From Chiloscyllium plagiosum (Eukaryota): a stretch of DNA of 64,000 bases. Of this stretch, positions 49,500 to 61,684 are shown piece by piece. The DNA is taken from assembly GCF_004010195.1 (NCBI RefSeq), contig NC_057719.1, positions 31,670,883 to 31,734,882 on the forward strand, given 5' to 3'. Both the position numbers and the translations under genes were made by a program. The notes beneath the pieces are model-generated. The model was not told the origin of the DNA. It ran no database searches and saw nothing but the letters and a program-made list of their open reading frames with translations. The first letter of the stretch is position 1, and every line of letters begins with the position of its first letter.

Positions 49500-50679
49500 C
49501 ATCCTTGATGCAGAGTAACATTTGTCAAGCTATAGCCTTTGGTGAAAAACTGGTGGACTATTCCAGGAAAAATTAGCCATTGAAACAGACAAAAGTACAA
49601 GCTACATATGCCTCATGCACAGCTAGATGTGGGAAGAAAAATGAAAATGTCTCATACTGCTTCACATAATATGGGTTTGAATCTGTTTATAAATCCACCG
49701 AACTTCAATTTCAATACTATTTTATAAAATTATACAATTAATTGTTGGGGACATGCTCTGTCCATACCTGTGTCTAGGCATATATACAATGTCCTCCTGC
49801 TCAAGACTGCTCCACAATGGCAAAATAGAAGAAAGGCAAATGAAATACATTTCCTCCTAATCAGCTCTATGTTCCTCTTTTTAGTTTCAGATGGGTGCCT
49901 GGGGTATTAATATATTCTAAGCCAAGGTGGCAGTTCACTTTTCAAACATATTTTTGTTGTAGATAAATGTGAAGGTTACAAAACAAAACAAATCTAAATT
50001 GTTCTCTGTAATAACTCAGGAAACTGACTGGAAAGGAATGTAATTTATTGTTGAAAAACAAAATAGGGCCACTACTCTTGGCATACCTAGCTTCATCACA
50101 GCCTGGGACAGGCAGTTCTGCAAACCCTTCCATGGGTCTTCTTCATAAAGGGCTCAGGTGTTGAGTTCCAGCTGGGCAGGTTACCAAGGAAACCCATACT
50201 CAACAAGCCCCACAAAGAGATTAATTAGTGATTTGCCATGGACCTTGCACAGTCTCCAAGTGTTTTGTTGAAAAAAAACACACAGAAATGGTCTCATTAT
50301 TCAGGAAGGAATAATAACTGGGATAATCGTGTTTCTTCTACATCAGTGCTATGACCCATGACGAAAACTAGTGAGGAGGAGAAACACAGCGGATATATCC
50401 TTTTTGCAACATAAACAGAATACATGGCATATTCAGGTAAGGTTTTAAAGATCTCTCATCATTTACATTTATAACTTGTTCTGAGGAATAAGTTACTCAA
50501 CATCAAGATTTGCAGATGACAGCAAAGTAGGGATGTAGCTAAATGAAGGAAGAACATAACACAATAAATAAAAAGAAACTTTACAGAATGGTGACAAATA
50601 AACTTGAACACAAATAAGTGTGAGGTGACACACTTTGTCAGAAAAAACAGAAAGTTATCACCACTTTAAATAAAAGACA

Positions 50680-51350
50680 GGATGAAATAAAAATAGAAAA
50701 TACTGGAAATGCTCAGCAGATCAAGTAGCATCCATGGAGACAGAGGAACAGTTAACATATTCGTTTGGTACCTTTTGATCAGAACTGGGAAATGTGAGAA
50801 ACATAAAAGTGTTTAACCACATGTAGGTGGGAGCATGGGTAAAAAGAAGAAAAGTGAGGATACGAATAGGGTGGAAAGTAGGAGAGAAGGCCATAAGTGC
50901 AAGACCAAAAGAGTGACAATGGGACAAATTTAATTAGATTAGATTCCCTACAGTGTGGAAACAGGCTCTTCGGCCCAAACAGTCAACACTGACCCTCTGA
51001 AGAGTAACCCCCCAGATCCATTTCCCCTCTGACTAATGCACCTAACACTATGGGCAATTTAGCATGGCCAATTCACCTAACCTGCACATCTTTAGACTGT
51101 AGGAGGAAACCGGAGCACCCGGAGGAAACCCACACAGACATGGGGAGAATGTGCAAACTCCACACAGACAGTTGCCCGAGGCTGGAATCGAACCTGGGAC
51201 CCTGGTGCTGTGAGGCAACAGTGCTAACCACTGAGCCACCGTGCCTAATGGGGACAGAGATTGCAGTCAAAAATTATTGAACTCAATGTTGGGTCCACGC
51301 TGTAAAATGTCTAGTTGAAAGGTGAAAGATAATTCCATAAGCTTAAGGTA
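50680..51350 (-). mobile_element. PLE family C terminal fragment interrupted by HE1
   Basis: aaatactggaaatgctcagcag...gttaac...tcagaact; resumes ttattgaactcaatgttgggtcc after the SINE, as at 33135-33160. Confidence 0.6.
50930..51245 (-). mobile_element. HE1-type V-SINE
   Basis: Full head, body and tail; flanked by aatgggaca / aatggggaca. Confidence 0.92.
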
Positions 51351-51489
51351 ATAGCTAGTTAGCTATAACAGTAATGTATCTAAATAAGGGAGTATAAGAA
51401 AATTACTTTACACAGAGATGGTTTGAATGTGGGAATAATGACCACAGGAAGCAACTGAGACACGTAGCTTAGCTGTGTTCAAATGGAAA

Positions 51490-51815
51490 CCAGACAAACA
51501 GAGACTTGTGTGAGAATTCCTAGAAGCATGACATTCCAACTGCAACTCTATTAACAAACACGTTGACTTGGATTCCATATACCATCCCCTGAGAAAAAGA
51601 ACAGGAAATGGCATCACCACAGAAAATGACATCACCGACCTAAGGAAACCTAAACACATAAATAAAAAGTGGGCCATACCACCAGTGCTTCATCCGGAGA
51701 CTCACTGATAATGTTACCTAGTATGATGACAAAACGTCTGAGACCGAACCTTCCAGCTCAGTGAGCAAAGCTACATCCAGAATCTCAACCTGAGCTACAA
51801 ATCTTCTCAAAACTC
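51490..51815 (+). mobile_element. PLE family B 3' end with degenerate hammerhead
   Basis: Matches 3180-3480; ctcaCTGATAAtgttacctagtatgatgacAAAAcgtctgag. Confidence 0.85.
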
Positions 51816-52554
51816 TCCAGGCAAATGTGTCTTATGCTTCAGAGATTTGCTGAGATGACACACTCGGTTTTATTTATAAGTGCTTTTGAAAGCATCTGCT
51901 CTCTCATGCTTCCAGCTTCTTCTTCTAGTTTAGTTTATGTTTCTTTGTGACCACACTCAGGCCAGACTAAAAGCACACTGAAATATCAAGTCACCCCAAG
52001 CTGGGTTTTGTTGGGTACTGCAATCCAGCCCACACACCACAACCCACTTTAAAGGGGATGGAACCCTCTTACATTTCCCACATTATTTCAAGAGCCTGCA
52101 TTAATTGCTTCAAGGTGAAACTTCCACTGGTTTCTCAAACCACTGGTTAGGGATTGCAAACTCCAGCCCACTTAATCAAATACCGAGCAATTAGACTATT
52201 GACCAGTACAATGAGTACATGAAAGAATAGGGAACAGAAAGAAGTACTGGTAGGTTAAGATAAATTAAGTGCAATGAGAAGGGATTTGTATGGCTTATGA
52301 TCGGGTAACACAGATTAGTTTAGCAAAATGTGCTTCAGTTTTGTATGTTCTGTGTAGTTCTATGTAAAATGTTAATTCATGACAAGAGTTGTTGATCAAA
52401 ATATCACGGGAGAGCTTTAAAACAAAATGTTGTCTAGTGCTGACTAATTGAAGTAAATTGTCGAGATATGACTGATCCAGCTTAAAGACTCCACAATTTC
52501 ACCAAGTATAACACTCTATTGGCATTTGTGTAAAATATCATCTTTTGAAGTAAA

Positions 52555-52740
52555 GGTAAATTTGCCATAGTCTTACCAGACCATTTGGCTGCTTTCTCTT
52601 GAGAGAGAGATGACTGGTGGTGGTTTCACCTACAAGGAGAGAGGTTGAGAAGGAGAATCCTTCATGGTAACCTCAGCCAGCCTATGCTATTGGCATTACT
52701 CTGCACTGCGAGCGTGCCAATCAGCTCACTGAACTAACAA
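52555..52740 (-). mobile_element. tRNA-derived SINE (same family as 13885-14098)
   Basis: tgccatagtc...gagagagagatgactggtggtggtttcacct...ggttgagaagg...ccttcatggtaacctcagc. Confidence 0.6.
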
Positions 52741-53237
52741 ACTCTTCTTCAGATGTGAAAGTAATTTCAAAGCATTCATGTTACTGTAACACAACTGACA
52801 TAAAAAAATTGTGAATTATTGGCACATTAAAAAATTATTGGTCATTAAAAATATTGTCATATTCAGCATGCACTATTTCTGGGTTGAAGTTTACCATGAA
52901 GGTCCAGCAGTCAAAAGGAATAGAAATTAGGTCTGGATAGACGAACTTCTTGGAAAATACTAGAAGTCATTGATCTGAATCTGATAAAATTATCGTTAAA
53001 AATGAAAAAAAGATAGATTACTGTGAGTTGCAAAACTATACCATGAATAATTTATGCATCATTTCCTGTCATTTATTTGATAAAATATTGTCTTTTTCTT
53101 ATGAGATAAATTTATTAAAGCTTGGGTTATTAAGTTTTGAATTGTTATGTCAGCTTTTAATGCCAAAAATGATAGATACAAATACATCTCTTTAATGTGT
53201 GTGGGAGATTGATTTTCTGAGTATACAATGGGACTTC

Positions 53238-53580
53238 TTTTATTCATTCTTGGGATGAGTGTTTCTCTGGCCAGATCAGTATTTATTGCCCAGTCCTAAT
53301 TGCCATGAGCAGTTGAGAGTCAGCCACATTGCTGTGGGTCTGGAGTCACGTGTAGGCTAGACCAGGTAAGGATGGCAGTTTCCATCCCAAACAGACATAG
53401 GTGAACCAGATGGGTTTTCCCAACAATCAACAATGGTTTTACAATCATTGTTAGACCCTTAACTCCAGATTTTTTAAAATTAAACTCAGATTGCACCATC
53501 TGCCATGATGGGATTTGAACCCTGCCCCCCACCTGGGTCTCTGGATTAATAGTCTAGCAATAATATCACTAGGCCATTAC
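53238..53580 (-). mobile_element. tRNA-derived SINE sharing its 3' tail with the old LINE family
   Basis: Minus head tggcctagtgatattattgctagact...ggttcaaatccc; tail ggcaattaggactgggcaataaat...gaatgaataaaa as at 42325-42392. Confidence 0.75.
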
Positions 53581-54057
53581 TTCCCACTCTATATGTTTTT
53601 AACATCCCTGAACTGAACATATGTTGTGCACTCATATGCTAAGTTCCCAGTTGCTAAGTTTGAACTATGAAAACATATTTCCTAGATGTTCTTGACGACA
53701 AGCTCATAAGTAAATGGGAATATTCTTAATTGTGTTGTGGTTTTAAACATCGATTTTAGGGATACTGTTACTTAATATTTTAATGGATGCAAACTATATA
53801 CAGTTACAGGGAGGTTTGAAATCACTTGGTGAAAAATGTGCACACACGTAGCCGATGTGATTATGACTCGGAAATTACTTTGTTGCTCGAAAGCATTGAG
53901 CTTCATTAAATCAAACTTGAGATTAAATGTTTTATACAACACTGAGTGAGAATTGGATAGCTAATTAAGGAATGAGCATGAAATTTATATCAGGAGCTGA
54001 AGTTAAGGAACTTATTCTCTATTTTCAGCTTTTTTCACGTTATCAATATTGTTACAT

Positions 54058-54395
54058 TTTATTTGTTGTGGATGTCGTTGGCTACATCTACATTTTATGC
54101 CCAGCTTGAATTGCACAGAGGGTGATTAAGAGTCATCCACATTGCTGTGTGTCTGGAGCCATATACAGGCCAGACCAGGTAAGACTTGTATATTTGCTTC
54201 CCTGAAGAACATGAGTAAACCAGGTGTGTTTTTATAACAGTGGCTACGTGATTGTCATTCGGCCAATTTTTCAATCCAGATTTTATTGAATTCCAATTTT
54301 ACCATCTGCCGTTATGAAATTCAAATCCATGTCTCTGGAACATTAGCCTAAATTTTTTAATTGCAAGTCCAGTGACATTATCATTACCTCACCAT
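54058..54395 (-). mobile_element. Second, more diverged copy of the 53238-53580 SINE
   Basis: ccacattgctgtgtgtctggag...agaccaggtaag...ccatctgcc. Confidence 0.7.
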
Positions 54396-54577
54396 CTTGT
54401 CTACTCTATTAATTCAGCTAAGGTTTCTGGTTATAAAGAAATGGATACAGTTACCAATTTTTGCCATTATGTACAAACCTGATTCAGTATAGCTCAACTA
54501 ATGGCACAAGAAATTTCATTAATTTTGTAACAACAATATGGATCAAACCAATTTGAAAGCTAAACTTGGGGCTGAAT

Positions 54578-55172
54578 TTGAGGTCATGTTGCGGCTGTAC
54601 AGGACATTGGTTAGGCCAGTGTTGGAATATTGTGTGCAATTCTGGTCTCCTTCCTATCGGAAAGATATTGTGAAACTTGAAAGGATTCAAAAAAGACTTA
54701 CAAGGATGTTGCCAGGGTTGGAGGATTTGAGCTATAAGGAGAGGCTGAACAGACTGGGGCTGTTTTCCCTGGAGCGTCGGAGGCTGAGGGGTGACCTTAT
54801 AGAGGTTTACAAAATTATGAGGGGCATGGATAGGGTAAATAGGCAAAGTCTTTTCCCTGGTGTCGGGGAGTCCAGAACTAGAGGGCACAGGTTTAGGGTG
54901 AGAGGGGGAAGATATAACAGAGACCTAAGGGGCAACCTTTTCACGCAGAGGGTGGTATGTGTATGGAATGAGCTGCCAGAGGAAGTGGTGGAGGCTGGTA
55001 CAATTGCAACATTTAAGATGCTTTTGGATGGGTATATGAATAGGAAGGGTTTGGAGGGATATGGGCCGGGTGCCGGTAGGTGGGACTAGATTGGGTTGGG
55101 ATATCTGGCCAGCATGGACGGGTTAGACCAAAGGGTCTGTTTCCATGCTGTACATCTCTATGACTATGACTC
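54578..55172 (+). mobile_element. Young CR1 (HER1-like) 3' fragment with uninterrupted ORF2 C-terminus
   Basis: EVMLRLYRTLVRPVLEYCVQFWSPSYRKD...GAGRWD open to the natural stop at 55089; canonical tail. Confidence 0.95.
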
Positions 55173-56439
55173 TAAAAGTCGCCAAAATGTCAATTTCAGT
55201 GGCTTCGTGGTGTGTTGCTCTCTGTGAATGAGTTATGTCATGCAATTCTCCACAGCTCACCTCATAATGTTTGCTCCACATCTCTATGATACTGTGATCA
55301 TGCTACCTTGCGTTCACCAATGACCAAAATGCTCTCCTATGCCAGGACCTGCTGGGATATTCACTGTTGGTGTATAATGTAAAACCCATCTGTCCACCAG
55401 GCCAATCACAGACAGGTATAAATAGCCTTTCACAGTACACGAGGCAGAAAACAAGAAAAGTTTCTGAGGCCAGATAGATGTCATGGTTGATACTTCATTG
55501 CAAATAGATGCATGATGTGTCTGATTACTGACATTGTAATTGTAGCTACAACAATCAAGCTTCAAATACTCCCTGTTCTTTATGCTATATCATGTTTGAA
55601 TCATATCTGAGGAAGTTCTACTCTTTCCCTCATGCCTGGCATAATATAACATCTCTTCATTGTTCAAGACTGATGGTGGCTATCCCTGTAATTGCCTTGG
55701 AAACGCAGCCTTGATTGCTTTGTAACCAGACCCTTGACTGATCTCTGTGCAGCTCCCAACCAATTTACCACTAATTTCCTGTCTGGTTGCAGTGAACTTA
55801 ATGGTTGTGGGCATTAATTATATGGCCCCCACATCCTGAATGCTCCCTACACTACTGGCCATAGTGCCTCGTGGCAGAATAGGAATTTGCATATTAAAAA
55901 GTTGAAATTAGGTACTAGTAAGACTAAAGTGCATGCCCAAAGACCTCTCACCCTCTTGTGGCAGAGTGATAGTGTTCTTAGTCCTAAACTAGGAGGTCCA
56001 TGTTCAAGTCCCTTCTGTGCGATAACATTGTTGCAAGGTTGATGAGTTAAAAATAGGCCTCTCGCATCTCACTGTTCAAACTTTGTGAGGAAAATTAGGC
56101 TTGTTTTGTCTCAATGTTGAGAATCTCAATTTTTCAATATTGCTACATTTTTCCAACTGAATCACCATTGCCGATGCCATTCAGAGGCTGGGAAAGTCAG
56201 CCCTTGCAATTTGTACTTCCTGCACTACCCCTTCACTGTGCTGAATTTCCACGTTATAAGCTATTTTGTTTCATTTTAGGATTTGCAAGCATGAACTGAA
56301 GGTGCTTAAATTTATTTTTCCCCAAAAATATTACATCGAGACAGCATTTACTTGTCATCCCATATTAGATTAAATACCACTTGTGTAGGAATTGTCACTT
56401 GGCTGACACATTAAATCAGTACTGAAGAAGGGCTGAAAC

Positions 56440-56612
56440 CAAAACAGAAATTGCAGGATAATCTCATCAGGTCTGTCAGAACTGAAGAAAGGTCACTGGA
56501 CTCAAAACGTTGGCTTAGATTTCTCTTCACAGATGCTGCCAGACCCGCTGAGTTTCTCCAGCAGCTTCTGTTTTAGTTTCATATTTCCAGCATCCACAGT
56601 TCTTTATTTTCT
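56440..56612. mobile_element. Palindromic PLE mini-element (family C) with degenerate hammerhead
   Basis: aaaacagaaattgc...caggtctg / cagacccgctgag...gcttctgtttt arms; aCTGAAGAaaggtcactggactcAAAAcgtt. Confidence 0.7.
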
Positions 56613-56699
56613 TTTGCTGAGGGAGGGCTGCACTGTTAGGGGTGCCATCCTTTTGATGAAATGTTAAATGGAGGCCTCAATTGTTTAGGCATTCCAGAT

Positions 56700-57595
56700 G
56701 GGTAAAGAGACAGGTAACACTGAGGAGGTGGGGAGGCTGCAGAAAGATTTGGACAGGTTAGGAGAGTGGGCAAAGAAGTGGCAGCTGGAGTACAATGTGG
56801 GAAAGTGTGAGGTCATGCACTTTGGTAGGAAGAATAGAGGCATTGACTATTTTCTAAATGGGGAGAAAATTCTGAAGTCTGAAGTACAAAAAGACTTGAG
56901 AGTTCTAGTCCAGGATTCTCTCAAGGTAAACTTGCAGGTTGAGTCAGTAGTTAGGAAGGCAAATGCAATAATGGCATTTATTTTGAGACAATTTGAATAT
57001 AAAAGTACAGGTGTACTTTTGGGGCTCTAAAAGGCTCTGGTCAGACCACATTTGGAGTTTGTGCACAGTTTTGGGCCCTATATCTCAAGAAGGATGCACT
57101 GGCCCTGGACTGTGTTCAGAGGAGGTTCACAAGAATGGCCTCAAGAATGAAAGTCTTAACATATGAGGAATGTTTGAGGACTCTGGGTTTATACTCGATG
57201 GAGTTTAGAAGGTTGAGGAGGGATCTAATTGAAACATACAGAATATTGAGTGGTCTGGACAGAGTAGATGTTGGGAAGATGTTTCTGTTGGCAGGAGAGA
57301 CTAGGACTCGAGGGCACAGTCTTAGAGTAAAGGGAAGACTTTTTAGAATGGAGATAAGGAGAAACCTCTTCAGCCAGAGAATGGGGAATCTATGGAATTC
57401 ACTGCCACAGAAGACTATGAAGCCCAGGTCATTGAGTAAGATTGAGATAGATAGGTTCTTGAGTATCAAGGGGATCAGGGGTTAAGAGGAGAAAGTGGGA
57501 GAATGGGGATATGAAACTTATCAGTTATGATTGAATGGTGGAGCAGACTCAGTGGGCTGAATGGCTTAATTTTTGCTCCTATGGTCTTATAGTCT
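56700..57595 (+). mobile_element. CR1 LINE 3' fragment
   Basis: LQKDLDRLGEWAKKWQLEYNVGKCEVMHFG...LWNSLPQ; tail tatggtcttat. Confidence 0.92.
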
Positions 57596-58004
57596 CACAA
57601 TGCTATATGAAGGGAGCTGATGAAGGTGCTGCCACCAAACTCTTTAAGTGTAGGATGTAGTCTGGTGAATAAAAAATAAAAAATAAACACTTCCTGGTCT
57701 TGCTAGAAGAGTCTTTGACTTTGAGGAAAAGCAGTTGTTAGATTTCACTCCTTTGTGATTCTAAAATGTTACATGTACAAATTCATGTGACATCATCATA
57801 GTGAGTAATGCATATGGCACTCCTCAATATGAACCTTTCAGACCCATATTTAACAGTTTACTGCTCAGGTAAATACAAAGTTGGAATGTGTGTACACAGT
57901 GCAGGAGATGGACGCCTCCATTAACTAAGGCCATTGTGATTCATCAATGCATGCACAGTTGAACCTGTGATAAAACACTAGCACTTGATAGCAACTGAAG
58001 TAAA

Positions 58005-58380
58005 AAAGGGTAAAAACAATGACTGCAGATGCTGGAAACCAGATTCTGGATTAGTGGTGCTGGAAGAGCACAGCAGTTCAGGCAGCATCCAAGGAGCTTC
58101 GAAATCGACGTTTCGGGCAAAAGCGGTGAGGTGGGGGAAGGGGAAATGAGGAAACTGTTGAAGTCCACATTGATGCCCTGGGGTTGAAGTGTTCTGAGGC
58201 GGAAGATGAGGCGTTCTTCCTCCAGGCGTCTGGTGGTGAAGGAGTTGCGGTGAAGGAGGCCCAGGACCTCCATGTCCTCGGCAGGGTCGGAGGGGGAGTT
58301 GAAATGTTGGGCCATGGGACGGTGTGGTTGATTGGTGCGGGTGTCCCGGAGATGTTCCCTAAAGCGCTCTGCTAGGAGGG
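58005..58380 (-). mobile_element. PLE family A-related 3' fragment (GIY-YIG C-terminal region and terminus, internally deleted)
   Basis: AQHFNSPSDPAEDMEVLGLLH...RRLEEERLIFRLRTLQPQGINVDF; gcccGAAAcgtcgatt; actgaagtaaa at 57994-58004 and 58381-58391. Confidence 0.85.
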
Positions 58381-58521
58381 ACTGAAGTAAACCAAAGTCT
58401 CTTCAAGCAGAATATTTCTGAGTTAAGGTGAGTATAGATGGCTCAGTCAAAGCAAATATGCAATAGTTTTTCTCCGATCAATTGTGGCTAAAGTGGCTTT
58501 GTGTCTTAATTGAAAGAAAAA

Positions 58522-59021
58522 NNNNNNNNNNNNNNNNNNNNNNNNNNNNNNNNNNNNNNNNNNNNNNNNNNNNNNNNNNNNNNNNNNNNNNNNNNNNNNN
58601 NNNNNNNNNNNNNNNNNNNNNNNNNNNNNNNNNNNNNNNNNNNNNNNNNNNNNNNNNNNNNNNNNNNNNNNNNNNNNNNNNNNNNNNNNNNNNNNNNNNN
58701 NNNNNNNNNNNNNNNNNNNNNNNNNNNNNNNNNNNNNNNNNNNNNNNNNNNNNNNNNNNNNNNNNNNNNNNNNNNNNNNNNNNNNNNNNNNNNNNNNNNN
58801 NNNNNNNNNNNNNNNNNNNNNNNNNNNNNNNNNNNNNNNNNNNNNNNNNNNNNNNNNNNNNNNNNNNNNNNNNNNNNNNNNNNNNNNNNNNNNNNNNNNN
58901 NNNNNNNNNNNNNNNNNNNNNNNNNNNNNNNNNNNNNNNNNNNNNNNNNNNNNNNNNNNNNNNNNNNNNNNNNNNNNNNNNNNNNNNNNNNNNNNNNNNN
59001 NNNNNNNNNNNNNNNNNNNNN
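58522..59021. other. Assembly gap (500 N)
   Basis: Run of N. Confidence 0.99.
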
Positions 59022-60140
59022 AAAACTCTTGCAAACTTTTGTATTACTTGCTAGCTCACGATAAAATTTCATCTTCTCCCTAATTTTTGCTCTTTTAGTT
59101 ATCTTCTGTTGGTTTTTAAGGGCATCTTAATCCTTTGGCTTTCAACCAGTCTTCACTGCATTATAGGCTTTTTCTTTTGCTTTTATGCTGTGCTTGATTT
59201 CCCTTGTTCGACATGGTTGCATTGTCCTCTTCTTGGTATGTTTCTTTCTCCTTGGGATGAATTTGCTGTGTCTCCTGGATTACGCTCAGAAATGCTGAAT
59301 AAATGCTGCTCCCTGCGAGTCTTCTCTGCTTAGCCCCACCTCCAATCAACTTTGGCAGCTCCTTCCTCATGTCTTTATAGTTATCTTTACTCAGTTGTAA
59401 TGCTGTTTTATCTCATTCCAGTTTCTCCCTCTCAAACTGCAGGATGAATTCTATCATATTATAGTCTCTCCCCCCTTCAAATTCTTTCACCTTAAGCTCT
59501 CTAATCAAGTCTACACATGGCTAAATCGATAATTGGCTCTTCCTAGTGGGTTCTATCACAACCTGCTCCAAAAAAAAATGATGTTGTAGATATTCCACAT
59601 ATTCCTTGGGATCTGCTACCAATCCGACATTCCCAGTCTATCTGCATATAGAAGCCCCCATAATAATTATAATAGTGTCTTTTTTACATGCCTTTTCTAT
59701 CTCATGATTTATTTTATTCCCTACAAACGACTCCCCTCAGGGTCATTTTTCCTTTGTGGTTCCTCAACTCTACCCATACAAATTCAATGCCTTCTGATTC
59801 TACCTCACTTCTGGTTTTTGATTTAATTTCATTTCTAATCAAATCTGACCTCTTTGCCCAGAGGCCATTCTGTACTTTTGATAGGATGTGTATCCCTGGA
59901 TATTTAATTCTCAGCCTGGATTTCCTTGCAGTCACATTCTGTGATACCCACAGCATCGTACCTGCCAATTTCAATCTGCGCTACAAGTTCATTTACCTTG
60001 TTTAATATCTTGTGTTAATTTAAGTACAGCACCCTCAATCCTGAAATGACTGCCACTCCCTTCTCATTGTTGTCCCCTTGCTCGGAGTTAGATTGCTGAG
60101 CCTTCCCGTATTCTATTACTTGTTGTGGAAACTTTAATCC
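59022..60140 (-). mobile_element. CR1 ORF2 endonuclease-region pseudogene
   Basis: VESEGIEFVWVELRNHKGKMTLRGVVCR, an APE endonuclease motif. Confidence 0.8.
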
Positions 60141-61684
60141 TGGAAATAGTTGGAAATCATGAATTGAAAGGAACAGGGGGCTCCCAAGAGAATTACAATT
60201 ACCAGGGACATTAAGGGCCTCACCTCACCACTGGCCTGACCACCTGCCTTTCCAACAGGGGAGAAATGCTCCCTGATCAGGGATCCAGGGCACCATCCCA
60301 CTGGTTTGGAAGGACCTCCATTTCACTTAATCTGGGGCCAATCAGAAGCAGGAAGTGGAGATGAGGAGTGGAGTGGAGCGACTGAACACTTAAAGGTCTT
60401 ATTGCTACCACGTCCAGAATGTCTGCAGTTTATCTCCTTGGCGAGCAATTAACTGCCAAGGTGAGGAGGAGGAGGCAAGTATGTCTCCAGACCCAAGTTA
60501 CCACCTTCCACACTGACTCGTTAAGAGGGAAGATTCAAATTCTCTATCTGCTTGGACCAGCCTCAGGCTTGTTAACATGAATGAATAGAAACATTTGTGT
60601 ATCCTGCAGCTAGTGACAGTATTAAATGCTATTTGAAACTACATGGCTGGAATGTTATTATTTAGCAGGATCAGTTATTACTGTGAATTCATATTGGTTT
60701 TGAAGCATGATTGACCGTTGGATTAAAGCAACTCACTTCTGCAGATTGTACTTTTGTCTGAAGTAAGCATATGTCCCGTTATTGCCAACCCCTCCTTTAC
60801 AACACATTGTGAATTACTGAATGTCCTTGAAGGAATTGCAGGAGCAGCAGGGATAGTAACTAAGGGAAGCAGAGTGTCCATCCTGAAAATGCATTTGGCA
60901 ACTAGATGTACTGATGAGATGCAATCACATCTTCTCTACAATGCTGTAATCGTGCATTCAGTAGTTTGTATTTCTTTCTCACAAGACATCTTGAAACTGA
61001 TTTAAAAATCATGATAGTTTTGTACTGCTGTTGTCAATTATCGACAGGGGAGTGCGACTAGATTCTGAGGAATTTTACATTAAATAGAGGAAACTTTATC
61101 AATGGTGTGAAATCTGGATTGAAATGTAAGCAAAACCTGATTCACATATGAATTAGTTAAAGCTGATTAACTCATTGAAAGTGTTTGCATAACCTCTGGG
61201 GTCAGAAATTCTGAGTTAAATTCTCCGCTCCCACAAATCCAAATGGGTTGGTTGAAAACGTTTCTTTTTAGAAGTAAACATTGCTGCTCTCACAGGTTCT
61301 GTGAATGAGTAAATTTTATGATGGCTGAAAAGATTTTCTGGGATCATTTCAGAAATAATCTGCTGCAGTGCAGGTTTTGGTGTGAGCTGACTGGATGAGT
61401 AAATCTCTTGTTAAAGTTTGACATATTAATATTTAGATTTATGCAGCATCTTATGTCAAAATGTCTTGAAGTGCTGCACACAATTAATTACTTTGAAATG
61501 CAAAACAGTTACTTTGGCAAAACTGCACTGAAATGAAACGGAGTAATTGATAATAATTGTTTTTCTAAGAATGTGGAGAATTGCTAACTTGAATATATAT
61601 GTATCTCTTTCAATTGCCTTGTACAATAGAAAACATTAGAATTGTTTTCCTAGCTGAGATTAAAAGTGTGTTTATTTCTGTTAG

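Noticed and set aside
50346..50442. Coding exon ending at the strong donor CAG|gtaagg
   Set aside because: All three frames from the nearest good acceptor contain stops
54538..55089. 183-aa uninterrupted ORF as a host gene
   Set aside because: It is the C-terminus of CR1 ORF2 from a young 5'-truncated copy; the ATG comes from flanking sequence
55660..55700. DGGYP Harbinger catalytic motif
   Set aside because: Five-residue match without supporting neighbouring motifs
58447..59072. Long ORFs of 184-195 aa
   Set aside because: Artefacts of the N gap
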